The position numbers and the translations under genes are program-made. From Eledone cirrhosa (lineage: Eukaryota): 64,000 nucleotides of DNA. Positions 23,985 through 38,400 of the stretch are shown here, piece by piece (the stretch's first letter is position 1; the number at the start of each line of letters is the position of its first letter). Location of the stretch: positions 300,452,001 to 300,516,000 of the forward strand of contig OZ024743.1 of the NCBI GenBank assembly GCA_964016885.1. Reading direction: 5' to 3'. A model generated the notes under the pieces. The model was not told where the DNA came from and made no database searches. It was given only the letters and a program-made list of their open reading frames with translations.

Positions 23985-26900
23985 GTCTCAGTCACTGATG
24001 TTATTTAACAGGAAAGTTTATTGAAAGGAATATCAAGCCGCCACCTGCAGCCCCAGATATTCAGGACGTATCGGAGGGTTCTTGCTGTTCCCAGCAAGCA
24101 TGCCTTTTGAAGGGTTCCAAAAAGCAGGGCTGGACTAATCTTCTTTAACCATCCTTGGAAACTCTTTGAGATAGTACCAAGTGCGCATATGACAAACGGG
24201 ACGACCTTGATTTCATGGCAGTTCCAAATCCTTTTTACCTCCAACAAGTCCTGGTATCGGTTAATTTTCTTCCTCTGCTTTTCTTGAACTCTCGTGTCAA
24301 ATTGGCAGGCTACACCTACAACCAGGCACGAGCTTTTTTCCTTGTCCCACACCAGCAGGTCAGGCCTATTGTGTTCTAATTTCTTGTCCCTCTGTATCCT
24401 AAAATCCCATAGCACCTTCACCTGATCGTTTTCTATCACCGACTCTGGCTTATGCTCATACCACTTCTCAGAATGTGGTAAATTGTTTACTTTGCATAGG
24501 TGCCAGTGGATCACCCTGCCCATCAGATCACGTCTCCAGCCTTTATAGTGAGTCTGGGCTAGGTGTTTACAATCGGATACAACGTGGGCCAGTCTCCTCG
24601 CTCTCTCCACAGATCCTAAACAGTGGGCTAGCCCCCTCCTTGTAAATATGGTGTTTCACCCACTTCGTTTTGAGGGCCTGCTCTTGCGCAGCCATTAGAA
24701 TTCCTTCTGTAGCCTTTTAAGGTCTCCACTTTTCTAACCAGTTCCATGTCTGTGGATCTCTAAATTCAGTTTTCTTAAAGAATGTACTATGAAGGGATTT
24801 TTCATGAAGGTTTCTCTTCCTCCTTTTTGTTATTCCCTCCTTGGACAACCCTCTATGCTGATAATACCTCTTCCACCTTCAGATCTCCTTAAGTAGAGTC
24901 TATCGACATCAACACCTCTTGTGGAACATGTTGTAGATAGTCAATAGCTTCCTAGACTTCTTATTCATTTCTTTTTGTTCAGCAACATTCCTTTTCAGAA
25001 TTCCCGCACTGTACCTAATAATAGACACAGCTCGGGAATTCACTGCACTTATGACATTCCAACTATTTAGATGTGATTTTAATACGCTCCTTACTCTCCT
25101 AATGTACTTAGATCTTATCAATTCCTTCATTTTTTTGTTCTAGATGTCATCTGCCTCCAGAACACCTAAATATGTAATCCTTCATCAGTGTCCATTTCCT
25201 TTATCATCTCACTTGTTGGTACCTGGAATCCGTTGCTTCTGCTCATTTTACCCCACTTCATCACTAGGACTCCACACTTATTAATACCAAATTGCATACA
25301 TATATAATTGCTGAAAATACGGACAGTGTCAACAAGTACATCCAACTCCTTCTCACTCTTCCCAAAGAGTTTCAGATCGTCCATGAAGAAGAGGTGGTTG
25401 ATGGTAAACTCTCCTTTTCCCAACTTGTATCCTGCTCTCACCTTTCGCAATATAAGGGTCAGGGGTATCAGGGCAAGGACAAACAGCAGAAGGGACAAAC
25501 TATCTCCCTGGAAGATACCTCTCTTGATCTTCACGCCCCCCAAGGATTCTCCACCCGATGTTAACTCTGTTTTTCCAGGACTTCATACTTTTGTTCAACA
25601 ACTGTCTGATGTTATCTGCCACCTTGAAGATCTCTAGGCTTTTGGTTATCTAAGAATGGGGTACCGTGTCGATTGCCTTTTTGTAGTCTATCCATCCCAT
25701 GGCAAGACCAATGTGTCTCCTCTTGCAATTCCTCATTACCATATTATCAATAAGTAACTGGTCCTTTGTACCACGGGACTTCTTTCGGCATCCTTTCTGT
25801 TCGTCCGGTAACAAGTTGTTTATGTGGAGGTGATTGTAGATTTCCTCAGACATGGTTGTTAACGGTTTCCACATTACGGACAGACATGTGATAGTTCTAT
25901 AGTTGGTAACATCATTACCCTTGATTCGGTCTTTCATTACCAGAACTGTGGTACCTTTTGTCAACCACTCTGGTACCTCATCTGACATCAAGCAGTCATT
26001 GAACATGGTTGTCAGTTTCTGGTGGAGGGATGTTATGTGTTTAATCCAATACTCCTGCGCACCATCTGGGTCTGGTTATATCCAGTTGGTTAGTTTTTTG
26101 GCCTGCCCCTTTAAGAGTTTCAACTGTGATACTCAAATCAGTTTGTTGGTTTACGTCTTCATTAATCTCCTTTTGTACTGTCTCAATGCACACTGCCTGA
26201 TCATTATGTTTAACATCTTGCTCCCATATTCCTCTCCAGAATGTCTTAGTCTGTTCCGCCTCAGGGATCAAGTCGTTGCCTCTTTCTTTCCCTTCAAGCT
26301 GTCCAAACAACATCTTCTGGTTGTTGCCAAAGAAGCGGTTCTGTCTATACAGACTGACTCTGCTATTGTATCGCCTAATCTTTGCAATCTTTGCTACAAT
26401 GCGTTGCTTCAGTTCCTCTATGATAATATTTAGCTTTTTCCTTCTAGTTTTGTACTTTATTTCCAGTCTATTTTTAGTGTCTATGTTTTGTAGTGTCCCA
26501 TTCAATAGGGTCTCAAGCTTTCCAATGTCATTTCTCATTTCCCTGATTTGAAAATTCAGTCGTTTCTTCCACCAAGGTTCTGATCTTTCTTGTTTGTTGT
26601 TTCCTCTCGCTTTTATGCCAAGTAATTTCCTCACCGAATTTGCTGTATCGTTGAGGATATTGTTGCACTGGTGAAGGTTCCTCGCCTCAATGTATGGGAT
26701 GACTTGTTTACCTTAGCTCTTGTTTCTTTTAACTTTTTCCTGTCTATAAATCTTAGGTTCATTGGTTTCCCACTATCATTGTTCATTTCATCTACCACTA
26801 AGTGTAGGATATCAAATAAATCTTGTCCTAGACTGTCAGCATTTATTTCCTCAATGGCCGGTATTATTTATTTCAGCGGTGGATTGGCAGTATCGGTAGA

Positions 26901-27450
26901 GGGTCGGACGCCATGCTTTCCAGCATAGTTACGTCCCTTTACGATCTGAGTTCAAATCCCGCCGAGGTTGACTTTGCCTTTCATCCTTACGGGGTCGATA
27001 AAATAAAGTACCAGTAATGCACTGGGTAATTGCTGGCCTTGTGCCTAAAGTAGAATCAATTATTTATTTCAGCATTCAGATCATTATCTGCTTCGGATGC
27101 TTTCTCCGTTCTTTCAAACTCTTCACCTTCATTTACCACTGGCTCGTTTGCCTGGCATACTCCACTCTCCATTTCCAACCTAATCTCTCTGCTCAGTTCC
27201 TCCAGTTCCAGCTCGCTTATCCATCCATTAGTTCTTAATACCCGAGCCTGCCCGGCCAATTTTTGTTCATCTAATTTAAATAGAACAAGCTCGTTCCAGA
27301 TGTTATGCATCCGTTTCCTATAGCCTTTTTTCCCTGGGGTTACACTTCAGGTAACATTGCATAACAGTTCTATTCAATTCCTTCGTCCAGGTGGTTCTGG
27401 TCCCTTTCCTACTTCTTCCTCCAGCACCAGCAGTATTTGGATGACAGCTT
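23985..27450 (-). mobile_element. R4/Dong-clade non-LTR retrotransposon, near full length, pseudogenised
   Basis: N-terminal [53 protein letters not shown] and RLE HVVSDC...HNRPDLLV. Multiple frameshifts; small internal deletion near 24855 relative to the next copy. Confidence 0.9.
26878..27058 (+). mobile_element. SINE inserted into the Dong-like LINE with a 15-bp TSD
   Basis: attatttatttcagc at 26863-26877 and 27059-27073 flanks a full SINE. Confidence 0.9.
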
Positions 27451-27451
27451 T

Positions 27452-29681
27452 CACTTCATGGCAGTTCCAAATCCTTTTAACCACCCACTTTAAGTCCTGA
27501 TATCGGTTAATTTTCTCCCTCTCCTTCTCTTCAACTCTCGTGTCGAATGGTCAGGCCACATCCACAATCAGGTACGATTTTTTTCCTTGTCCAAAACCAC
27601 CAGGTCAGATCTATTGTGTTCCAGTTTCTTGTCCGTCTGTATCCTAAAATCCCACAGCACCTTGACCTGATCGTTTTCTATCACCGACTCTGGCTTATGC
27701 TCATACCACTTCTCAGAATGTGGTAAATTGTTTACTTTGCATAGGTGCCAGTGGATCACCCTGCCCATCAGATCACGTCTCCAGCCTTTATAGTGAGTTT
27801 GGGCTAGGTGTTTACACTCGGATACAATGTGAGCCACAGTCTCCTCGCTCTCTCCACAGATCCTGCACAGTGGGCTAGCCTCCTCCTTCGTAAATATGGT
27901 GTTTCAACCACTTCGTTTTGAGGGCCTGCTCTTGCGCAGCCATTAGCATTCCTTCTGTAGCCATTTTAAGGTCTCCTCTTTTCAACCAGTTCCATGTCTG
28001 TGGATCTGTGAATTCAGTGTTATCAAAGAAGGTAATATGAAGGGATTTTTCATGAAGTCTGCTCTTTCTCCTTGTTATTATTTCCTCCTTGGACATCCCC
28101 TGGTCTATTGTCCTCTCCTTCAGTACAATTCTGAGCATTGGCTCCTTACTATCAGTCACGTATTTGTGTAGGTTGTTTTTCTCCATCTGAACACAGTCCT
28201 CTATGCTGATAAGACCGCTTCCACCTTCAGATCTCCTTAAGTAGAGTCTAGCGACATCACCCCTCTTGTGGAACATGTTGTAGATAGTCATTTGCTTACT
28301 AGTATTCCTATCCATTTCTTTTTGTTCAGCCACGTTCCATTTCAGAATTCCCGCATTGTTCCTAATAATAGACACAGCTCGGGAATGTTCTCCACTTATG
28401 GCATTCCTACTGTTCAGACGTGAATCTAATACGCAACTTACTCTACGAATGTATTCAGATCTTATCAATTCCTTCATTTTTTTGTTCTTGATGTCATCAG
28501 CCTCCAGAACACCCGAATACTTGTATCTTTCTTCAGTGTCAATTTCCTTTATCATCTCATCTGTTGGTACCTGGATTCCGTTTCTTCTGCTCAATTTACT
28601 CCTCTTCATCACAAGGACTCCACACTTACTAATACCAAATTGCATACATATATCATTGCTGAAAATACGGACAGTGTCAACAAGCACATCCAACTCTTTC
28701 TCACTCTTCGCGAAGAGCTTAAGATCGTCCATGAAGATGAGGTGATTGATGGTAAGCTCTCCCTTTCCCAACTTGTATCCTGCTCTCACTTTTCGCAGTA
28801 TAATGATAAGGGGCATCAGGGCAAGGACAAACAACAGAAGGGACAAACTATCTCCCTGGAAGATACCTCTCTTGATCTTCACGCCACCCAACGATTCTCC
28901 AGCTGATGTTAACTTTGTTTTCCAGGACTTCATACTTTTGCCCAACAACTGTCTGATGTTATCTGCCACCTTGAAGATCTCTAGGCTTTTGGTGATCCAA
29001 GAATGAGGCACCATGTCAAATGCCTTTTTGTAGTCTATCCATCCCATGGCAAGACCAATGTGTCTCCTCTTGCAATTCCTCATTACCATCTCATCAATAA
29101 GTAACTGGTCCTTTGTACCACGGGATTTCTTTCGGCATCCTTTCTGTTCGTTCGGTAACAAGTTGTTTGTGTGGAGGTGATGGTAGATTTCCTAAGACAT
29201 AATGCTTGTCAACAGTTTCCACATTACGGACAGACATGTGATAGGTCTATATTTGGTAGCATCATTACCCTTGAATCGGTCTTTCATTACCAGAACTGTG
29301 GTACCTTTTGTCAACCACTCTGGTACCTCACCTGACATCAAGCAGTTATTGAACATGGTTGTCAGTTTCGGGTGGAGGGATGTTATATTTTTAATCCAAT
29401 ACCCCTGCACACCATCATGGCCTGGTGATTTCCAGTTGGTTAGTTTTTTGGCCTGCTCCTTAAGAGTTTCAACTGTGATACTCAAATCAGTTTGTTGGTG
29501 TGCCTGTTCACTAATCTCCTTTTCTACTGTCTCAATCCACACTGCCTGGTCATTATGTTTAACATCCCCCTCCCATATTCCTCTCCAGAATGTCTTAGTT
29601 TGTTCCGACTCAGGGATCAAGTCGTTACCTCTTTCTTTCCTTTCAAGCTGTCCAAACAGCATCTTCTGCTTGTTGTCAAAC

Positions 29682-29682
<1 letters not shown>
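27452..29682 (-). mobile_element. Second R4/Dong-clade copy, truncated at both ends
   Basis: ORFs 29192-29662, 27875-29161 (RT: FQGDSLS, FMDD) and 27568-27837 (RLE). The 5' end abuts (TTA)n at 29683. Confidence 0.9.
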
Positions 29683-29729
<47 letters not shown>

Positions 29730-30222
29730 GGCGACCTACGTAGTAAATCGTATCAACGTGAGCTCCACAAAGGTTTGTTGTTTTCGTTTGTTTAAAATTG
29801 CCGTTTATGGAAAGTTTTTATTGTTAACTGTATATAAGTGAACATACATTGCTTTCTAAAAAGAACACTCAAAAACATTGGAGCCTTGATCCCAAAATTT
29901 AAACGTTTATAATTATTAAAAAAAAACTTTATTTGAAAAAAACATGGACGACTCACAGCCAGACGAAGCTGACAGCCTTCCTCACAAACTAACACCCCAC
30001 ACCGACACAACCAATGTAAATATTACTACGATTGCCAACACTAAAAATATAAGCAGTAGCAATTATTTTTAATTTGTCTCACGCAGATATACATATCCCG
30101 CCATTACCAATGATTGCAGGTGTTAAAGCTGCCACCACCACCACCACCGCGACAACCACCATCCCTAGCACCACCGCGACAACAGAACAAAAGAAAAAAA
30201 TAAATTAACTCGTGATATTGAA

Positions 30223-31689
30223 ATGAATTCAACCAAAATGAACTCTTCCACACAGAATACCACTGACGCCACCACCACCACAACTGAAACTAAAATTAGT
30301 AATAACAAAAATAACGATAACAACAACACCAACAATGACATTAAGAAAACCACCCTGAGTTTTGCCAGAGTAGCAAAAGAGTGCGAAGCATTTCAGGTAA
30401 CTCAGGAGGAATTAGAAGATGCCAAAAAATGGTAAAGAAAGATGGGTACAGGGCACCGTGGACGTGTTCTTTGAAACACCACAGGAGGCTATATAACACT
30501 CCATGGACCCATTAAGAAGTGACGACTTCACACTCGTCCCAAGCTATTGTGGCCAGAAACTCGTAAAGATCAGGGTCACCCACGTTCCACCGGCCATCGA
30601 CATTCCCTGGCTTATAGCTGCCGTCCTCGCCGGCATCGAAGCCAACACCAAGATAATCGAAATAGCGAAAGAAAAGCAGGAGAACTGGTCCGGATCTGGG
30701 ATGGAGCTCCTGATCCAAGCGGACCAAAAAGGCATTGAGAAGATCCCAGAGGTAATAGACCTCACTGACGGCAGCCACCTCACGTAATTGTCGAGGGCAG
30801 AAGGCCTCGGTGTGTCGTTTGTGGTGAACGAACCCACCTAAGGGCTTTCTGCCCCCAGGCTAAAAGGTTGAGGCCACCTCTCCTAACCACCCCAGTGACT
30901 CAACCATCAAGACCACCAGCAGCAGAGATGGCAGCAATAACTGTAGCAACTGTAACAGCAACAGTAGCGAAACCAACACCACCACCACCCAACGCACCAG
31001 AACTAGAACCAGCGCCTACACCATCCACCACGCCACAATCAAAACCAACGCCTGTGGAGGATTTTCCACTCCCCGGCTTATCGCAACTGGAGACAGATTG
31101 TGACGACGAGGAGTGGGAAACGGTATCAGGAAAAAAGAAAAAAAGAAACCAAAAAAGAAAAAAATGTCTTCCCTCCCCCTCCAAAAACAAAATACAGAGG
31201 GAAACAAATAAACTATCAAACAAAAAGGTTATGACGGATATGCGACCATCCACACCAGCATCACCAACCCCATCACCACACACACCAACACCATCACCAT
31301 CATTAACCCCAACACCACCATCACCAACACCACAAAAGTCACCAAAAAGCGAAACAGAAACAAACCCACAACAAACGCAAACAAAAAAAAACAACCAAAA
31401 CGATACACACTACAAAGCATTAAATTTGAACAACAACCAATTATTACACTACATCCAACACAACACCAGCATCACAGAAAAAGACTACACAACAATCCAA
31501 AAGTTCACACCGCCTCCACACATAAAAATCACTCGCATCACACAGAACACGTACACGACACTGAAACAAAAATTCCCCAAAGACATCGGAGACTTCCGAC
31601 AAACTCTCTCCAGGAGGAATTATAAGGACATCCTTCCGGAGAAGGCCACACGCAGTGAAAAGGATGGACATATCATATACAAGAAGTAA
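30223..31689 (+). pseudogene. Tx1-like ORF1 (gag-like zinc knuckle), disrupted
   Basis: LSFARVAK; VIVEGRRPRCVVCGERTHLRAFC read manually at ~30785-30852; Pro/Thr-rich and basic C-terminus. Confidence 0.75.
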
Positions 31690-31728
31690 GGTTAGTGGTC
31701 TTTCCAATCTGTTCCACTCCATTTCAAC

Positions 31729-34700
31729 ATGACCTCACTCAGAATAGGCAGCATAAATGCGCGTGGCTTGGGGTCGTCATGGAAGTAGGGCCACCTGCTC
31801 AACGACCTCAGGTCACTAAACATAGATGTAGTTGCCATCAGCGAGACCAGAATCTCTGAAGCACGGGCCTTCGCAGCGATCTTCGGCGGCTACGATGTGT
31901 ACGCATCTCCCAGCCGTCCGGGATCGGGGGGTGGAGTTGCTGTGCTTTTTCGGAGAGATTTGGGTCTCGCCATACGGGCCATCTTCCTGGACCCAGAAGG
32001 TAAGCTGGTTTTGCTAGACGTGACCAGCGGAGACAGGCAAGATTTCAGGCTAGTGGCCGTCTAACCCCGACAGGAGCAGGGCGGCCTCATTTCTTCCGGC
32101 GTCTGGAGACTTTTCTTGGAACGTCCCGCTCTTTAGTGTTAGTGGCGACTGGAACGGGATCTTAGATGCACGCTGGGACAGTGGGGGATCATCGGATGTG
32201 AGAGGAGGGTGCAAGAGCCTCACCAACCTGCTCAGGCGTTTTGAACTGTCAAACACGTACCTATTGGATTTCCCGAATGTGCCAATGTGGATTGGACAAA
32301 TCGCATAATGTCATCCAGATCATATCTAGATAGAGTAATTTTTAGTGAAATAGATAGGTTTAGCATAGTCTGTCCAAATTCAAGATAGTCAGCTATACGG
32401 ACCACAAATTCGTGATCTGTGTGCTTGACTTAGATAGGCTTCATGGACGAGGACCCTGCTACTGGAGGCTAAACGCGTCATTACCAGCTCGCAAGGCCTT
32501 CCTGAGACCGGATTAGCGAACTAGTTAAACGGGCGTTGACGGGGCCATCGTCAACAACAAGTGGTGGTTTGCTCTGAGAAGAGCAATTAGAATAGAGTCC
32601 ATTAGGTTTAATACGGCTTCAGCAATAGAGAAAAATAGAGCAGAGGGAAAATTAGTTAGAAAATTAGACGCGGCGCTTAGCAAAGGCATCGCGACCGACG
32701 TATTTGCGTCGAAATTGGCCCTTGACCAATTCTTCAATGCAAAGCATGATGGCTGCGTTGTCAAAGCTAGGGTACGTTCTCTCAGACACGAGGGGCGAAA
32801 GCCGTTCCATGGGCCCGAGTGGCGGAGGCGCGTCGTGGCAACAAAGCCACAATCCTGTCTTTGGTGGACCACGACGGGCGCATGCTACTCGATCCCGGGC
32901 GAATGTGTGAAGCTTTTCAGCGACACATCGCTCAGCTGTTCGGGTTCAGCGGCGGGCCGGATCGAGGGATGGACTTTAGTGTCTATCTCGATGGACTGCC
33001 GCGGCTCTCAGCCATTTGGGCGGAGTGTTGCGAAAAGCCCATAACAGCCTCTCAAGTACGGGAGGCAATGACTGGCTGCACAAGGGGTAAATATCCTGGT
33101 TTAGATGGTCTGCCCTATGAACTTTACGTACAGATGCCAGACTTGTTCGGAGGCTTCTTGGCGGACGTCTACTGCAACTGGCAACAGAAGGGGTAAATTC
33201 CCAGCTCTGCGAGCCGAGGAGCTGTGGCGCTGCTGAGAAAGAATCCGAACAATTGGGATAACATTGATAATTTCAGGCCCATAGCACTGATAAACACAGA
33301 GTTCAAGATTTTGGCCAAGGTGCTAGCAAAGAGGTTGGCCCTTGTCGTTGGTGGTCTCGTGGGAGAGGCGCAGACGTGCGCCATTCCCCACAGATCCATC
33401 CACGACAACTCCACCTCATGCGATACATCGTAGAGAGGGTAGCTAGGGAACCTGGCACGGGTTGGTCCTTGTTCAATTTAGATCAGTGGAAAGCTTTCGA
33501 TAGGGTCGACCATCGTTACCTAGCGGCATTCCTGAGGGCGGCTGGTTTTGGGCCCGTCTTCAGAGGCTGGATCGCTGCCATGCACAGCGACATCTGCTCT
33601 GTGGTGAGAGTGAACGGTCACCTTTCGGAACCGTTCAACATGATGCGCTCGGTCCGCCAAGGATGTCCCCTCTCGGCCCTCTTGTACGTATTGACTCTCG
33701 AGCCATTACTGTACAAACTGGAGACGTTCAGGGGGGTCCCGCGCGAACTAGGATGCGGAGGATCCGTGTCAGCATATGCGGACGATGTCACCGTAGTGGT
33801 GTCGAACGCCAAACACATCGAGGCGATCGGCACTACACTAAGAGAATACGAAGCGGTGACAGGAGCTATGATCAACCAGGAAAAGTCAGTGGGCCTGCAG
33901 CTCGGCACCTGGAGAGGCAGGTCCATGTCGTCCAACAGCGTCGTCGGGCGCTGGACGGACATACCGGTTAAATTGCGAGGGTTCTGGTTCGGTCCGGACC
34001 TCCAGGCGGACAACATCTGGGACGAGGTGACGAGCCGGGTGGCTTCTCTCACCCAGAAATGGGCGGAGAGGAAGCTAGTCCTGAAAGGTCGAGCGGAGGT
34101 GGCTAACGCGTACATCGCGTCCGTCATCTACTACCGCCTGACCGTCGTACCTTGTCCTAAGCCCCGCCTGACTGCGCTGGAGCGTTTGCTCTTTCGCTTT
34201 TTGTCGAAGGGACGCGCTCCGATGGTCAGGCGGTCCATCTGCTGTCAACACCCGCTACGTGGAGGGCTGGGCATGCCGTGGCTGATGATGCGCAGACACG
34301 CGCTCAGGCTACGACATCTCCACCTCTTCCTCGACGGTGATCAGGTGTGGTCGCCGTTTGCTAGACACGTCTTTCCTCAGCTCGTCTCTTTGATGGAGCT
34401 GCAGTCCTGGGTTAAGGGAAGACCGAGAGGGAGGGCTTGGAGACTGGAATGTCTTCAGGCGCTCACAGCCCTCGACCAATCGGGCAATGTGATCGGTGTA
34501 AACTCCACCTTGGCGTTCTATAGCGGATTAGTGGAGGGGAAGAGCGACGACGTACTTGGAGAAAATCTAGGCGTCGACGAAAATCAACTAGCCAATCTCT
34601 TCGGAAGGATTTTCGGGGAGGGGCCTATGGACAACTTCCAAAAATCTCTAGCCTGGCACTGCTACCGACGAGCTTTGCCAGTTCGGGATAAACTCTACAG

Positions 34701-35141
34701 GCATGGAGGTGCCGTCAGCCGGGCATGTCCGAGATGCGCGCAGGGCTACGAACCGTCCTGCACGCACTCGTCCAGTGTCCGAGCATTGCTGACTTGTGGG
34801 TTTATGTCGAACACCTGCTGTCACGTGTAGGACGGATCCAGCTATCAGCTGAGTCCATCGTGAGGATTGCCCCGCCTTCCTCCTTTAGCCGGGAAGGGCA
34901 GGCAGTTTTTATCTGTCTGGTGGCCATGGCGAAAGAGATAGCATTGTGGACACGTTTGAAAGGGCTGAAGACGAGCACTTTACGCTTCGGTGATGCACTG
35001 ATTAACTTTTTCAAATTTCATTTGAAAAGGAAAATCAGGGTAGAGAGGGAAGTGCTCTCTTCCCAGCATTTTGTTAAAAGATGGGTTAGAGAAGCAAGTA
35101 TGGCCCGAGTGAATGGGCCTACTCTGAGTATGTGTCTGTAA
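31729..35141 (+). pseudogene. Tx1-like ORF2 (APE endonuclease, RT, zf-RVT), disrupted
   Basis: MTSLRIGSINARGL; GDWNGI; PGLDGLPYELY; NFRPIALINTEFKILAK; KAFDRVDH; SVRQGCPLS; AYADDV; CPRC...HALVQC. Confidence 0.9.
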
Positions 35142-35424
35142 ATTAAAGGTAGAACACTGGGAGAGGGCACTTGCCCTGGTGGTCAGGGTCACTGTGGCCT
35201 TTTAATGGGCTTTCTCCGCAAATGTCCCACAGAAGTTTCCCCCTATTGGGGAATTTTTCATTTTTATTTTTATTACATCCTCTGTTTTTTTTTCGCGCAG
35301 AAATGCCCATTTGTACCGTCCTGTATTGTCCTGTACTATCCTTAATGTCTACTTTATGTAAACCCTTGTGGTTAATAGAGAAAGCATTATTATTATTAAT
35401 ATTATTATTATTATCATCATCATC

Positions 35425-38400
35425 TTACGTAGGAAATCGTATTATCGTGAGCTCCACAAAGTTTGTTTTTTTCAGTTGTTACAAATTGACAATTATGGAA
35501 ACTTTTTGTTGTTAAGTTCACTTATAATGCTTTCTGAAAAGGACACTCAATAATATTGGGGCCATGATCAAAAAATTTACACTTTTAATCAAACAAAAAT
35601 TTTATTTGAAAAAAAACATGGACGGCTTTCAGCCAACCAATTCTGCTGACAGCGTTTCTAACAGACTAACATCTCCCATAACCACCACCATTGTAAACAT
35701 TGCTACGGTTGCCAACATTGAAAATATAAGTAATAGCAGTGGCAATTATTTAGATTTGTCACATGCAGACATGGATTTCCGGGCATTACCACCACAACAA
35801 TGTCACAAAGAACAACTAACACCACTGATACCACCACCACCACCACCAACACCACCACCACAACAACAGGAACAAATAAAACAAAACATAAATTATCATC
35901 TCTTGATATAGAAATGGATTCTCCAAAAATCGACTCTTCCACGCCGAACGCCACTGACACCACCACCACCACCACAACTGGAACTAAAAATAATAATAAC
36001 AAAAATAACAATAACAGCAAAAGCAACAATAAGAATAATAACAACAACATCAACACCAGCGCAAAACCAAATATGTCGTTTGTTAAAGCGGCAAACAAAA
36101 ATGAAACGGTTGAGGTAAGTCAGGAAGAATTGGATGAAGCCAAGCGAATGGTAAAACAATATGGTTACAGCGTCAGCCTGTAACCATGGAGCATCGGCGC
36201 CTATGCACCATGTCATATCGCACGATAAATATTAAAACACGGCGAGTGGAACGGGCACCCGAGTCCCAGATACAAACAGCTTTGGGACATGTTTGGGCTC
36301 AAAAAACCACATCAGGCGTGGACAAAGATATGGAACCGTGGACGTGTTCTTTGGAACCATACAGGAAGCCAGATAAGACTCCATAGCCGCATTAAAAATT
36401 GACGAGCTCACACTCGTCCCAAGCTATTGTGATCAGAGGCTGTTAACGACAGGGTCACCCAAGTTCCGCCGGCCATTGAAATGCCCTGGCTAATGGCTGC
36501 CGTCCACGCCGACATTGAGGCCGACACTAAAGAAATTGAGGTTATAAAAGTGAAGCAGGAGAACTGGTCCGGATCTGGGAAGGAGCTCCTGATCCAAACG
36601 GACCAAAAAAGCATACAGCAAATTCCAAAGGTGATAGACCTCAATGACGGCAGCCACCTCACCGTGATCCTTGAGGGTAGAAAGCCTAGGTGTGTCGTTT
36701 GTGGTGAAGAAACCCACCTAAAGACTTTCTGCCCTCAGGCTAAAATGTTGAGGCCACATTCCTGCCCACCCTAGTGACTCAACCATCAAAACCAGCAGCA
36801 GAAATGGCAGCAACAACAGAAGCATCTGTAGCAGAAACAACCCCAGAAACTGGAGCAGCCACACTAGCAAAACCAACACCACCAGCACCCACCGCACATG
36901 AATTAGCACCAGCGCTTCGACCATGCACCACGCCACAACCAAAACCAACGCCTGTGGAGGATTTTCCACTCCTTGACCTCTCGCAACTGGAGACAGATTG
37001 TGACGACGAGGAGGAGTGGGAAACTGTATCTGGAAAAAAGCAAAAAAAGGAAACCAAAAAAGATAAAACAAACTAACAAAAAAGTTAAGAGAGCTATGTC
37101 CCTGCCCACACCACCATCAGCAGCCCCATCACCACAAAGACCAACACCATCACCATCATTACCTCCATCACCACCATCAACAACACCACAAAAATCACCA
37201 ACAAGTGAAACAGAAACAAACCCACAACAAACGCAAACAAACAAAGCAACAAAAACGAAACAACTACGGAGCATCAAATTATTACACTACAAGCAACACA
37301 ACTCCAGCATCACAGAAAAAGACTATACAACACCCCAAAAATTCACACCAACCCACACAGAACATTTACACGAAACTAAAATTAAAATTCCCGAAGGACA
37401 TCGGCGACTTACGACAAATACTTTCCAGGAGGATTTATAAAAACATCCTTCCGGAGGGGGCCACAAACAGTGAGAAGGACGTAAAAACACCCTTCCTCCA
37501 CAAGAAGTGATGTAAGTGGTTTTTCCCATCTTTTTCAAATCCTTATCAACATGACCATACTCAGAATAGGCAGCATAAATGCGCGTAACCTTGGGTCGTC
37601 ATGGAAGCAGAGCCACCTGTTCAACGACCTCAGGCCATTAACATAGATGTGGTGGTCATCAGCGAGACCAGAATCTCCGAAGCACGAGACGTCGCACCGA
37701 TCTTCGGCGAGTACGATTTATACGCATCTCCAAGTCGTCCAGGATCGGCGGCGGGGGGGGGGGGGGGGGGCTTGTTGTGCTTTTTCGGAGAGGCTTGGAT
37801 CTCGCCATACGGGCCATCTTCCTGGACCCAGAAAGTAAGTTGGTGGTGCTGGACTTGACCATCGGAAACGGGCAAGCTTTCAGGCTAGTGGGCGTCTATG
37901 TCCCGACAGGAGCAGAGCGGCCTGATTTCTTCCGGCACCTGGAGACCTTTCTTGGAACGTCCCGCTCTTTAGTGTAAGTGGGCGACTGGAACGGGATCTT
38001 CGATGCACGCTCGGACTGTGTGGGAATAGCGGAGAGGGGAGGAAGGTGTAAAAGGCACGCAAACCTGCTCAGACGGTTTCAACTCTCTGACAGGTACAGC
38101 CTGGATTTCCTGAATGTGCAAATGTGGACATGGACAAACCGCATCGGGTCATCCAGATCATCTCTAGATAGGGTATTTTGCAGGGAAATAGATAGGTCTC
38201 GCATAGGCTGTCCACAATTCAAAATAGTCGACTACACGCACCACAAATTCGTGATCTGTGAGGTTGTCTTAGATAGGCTTCATAGACAGGGACCCGGCTA
38301 CTGGAAGCTAAACGCGTCGTTAACAGCGCGCAAGGCCTACAGTGACCGGATTAGTGAAATAGTTAAGCGGGCGTTGACATGGGCCTTGGTCAACAACAAA

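Larger units (their letters stand above)
29730..35385 (+). mobile_element. Tx1/L1-clade LINE, full-length architecture, pseudogenised
   Basis: ORF1 with a CCHC knuckle, then ORF2 APE-RT-zinc finger. Bounded by (ATT)n on both sides. Confidence 0.9.

Noticed and set aside
30900-31394. Gly/Val-rich minus-strand ORFs, and similar ones opposite the other LINEs
   Set aside because: Antisense shadows of LINE coding regions.
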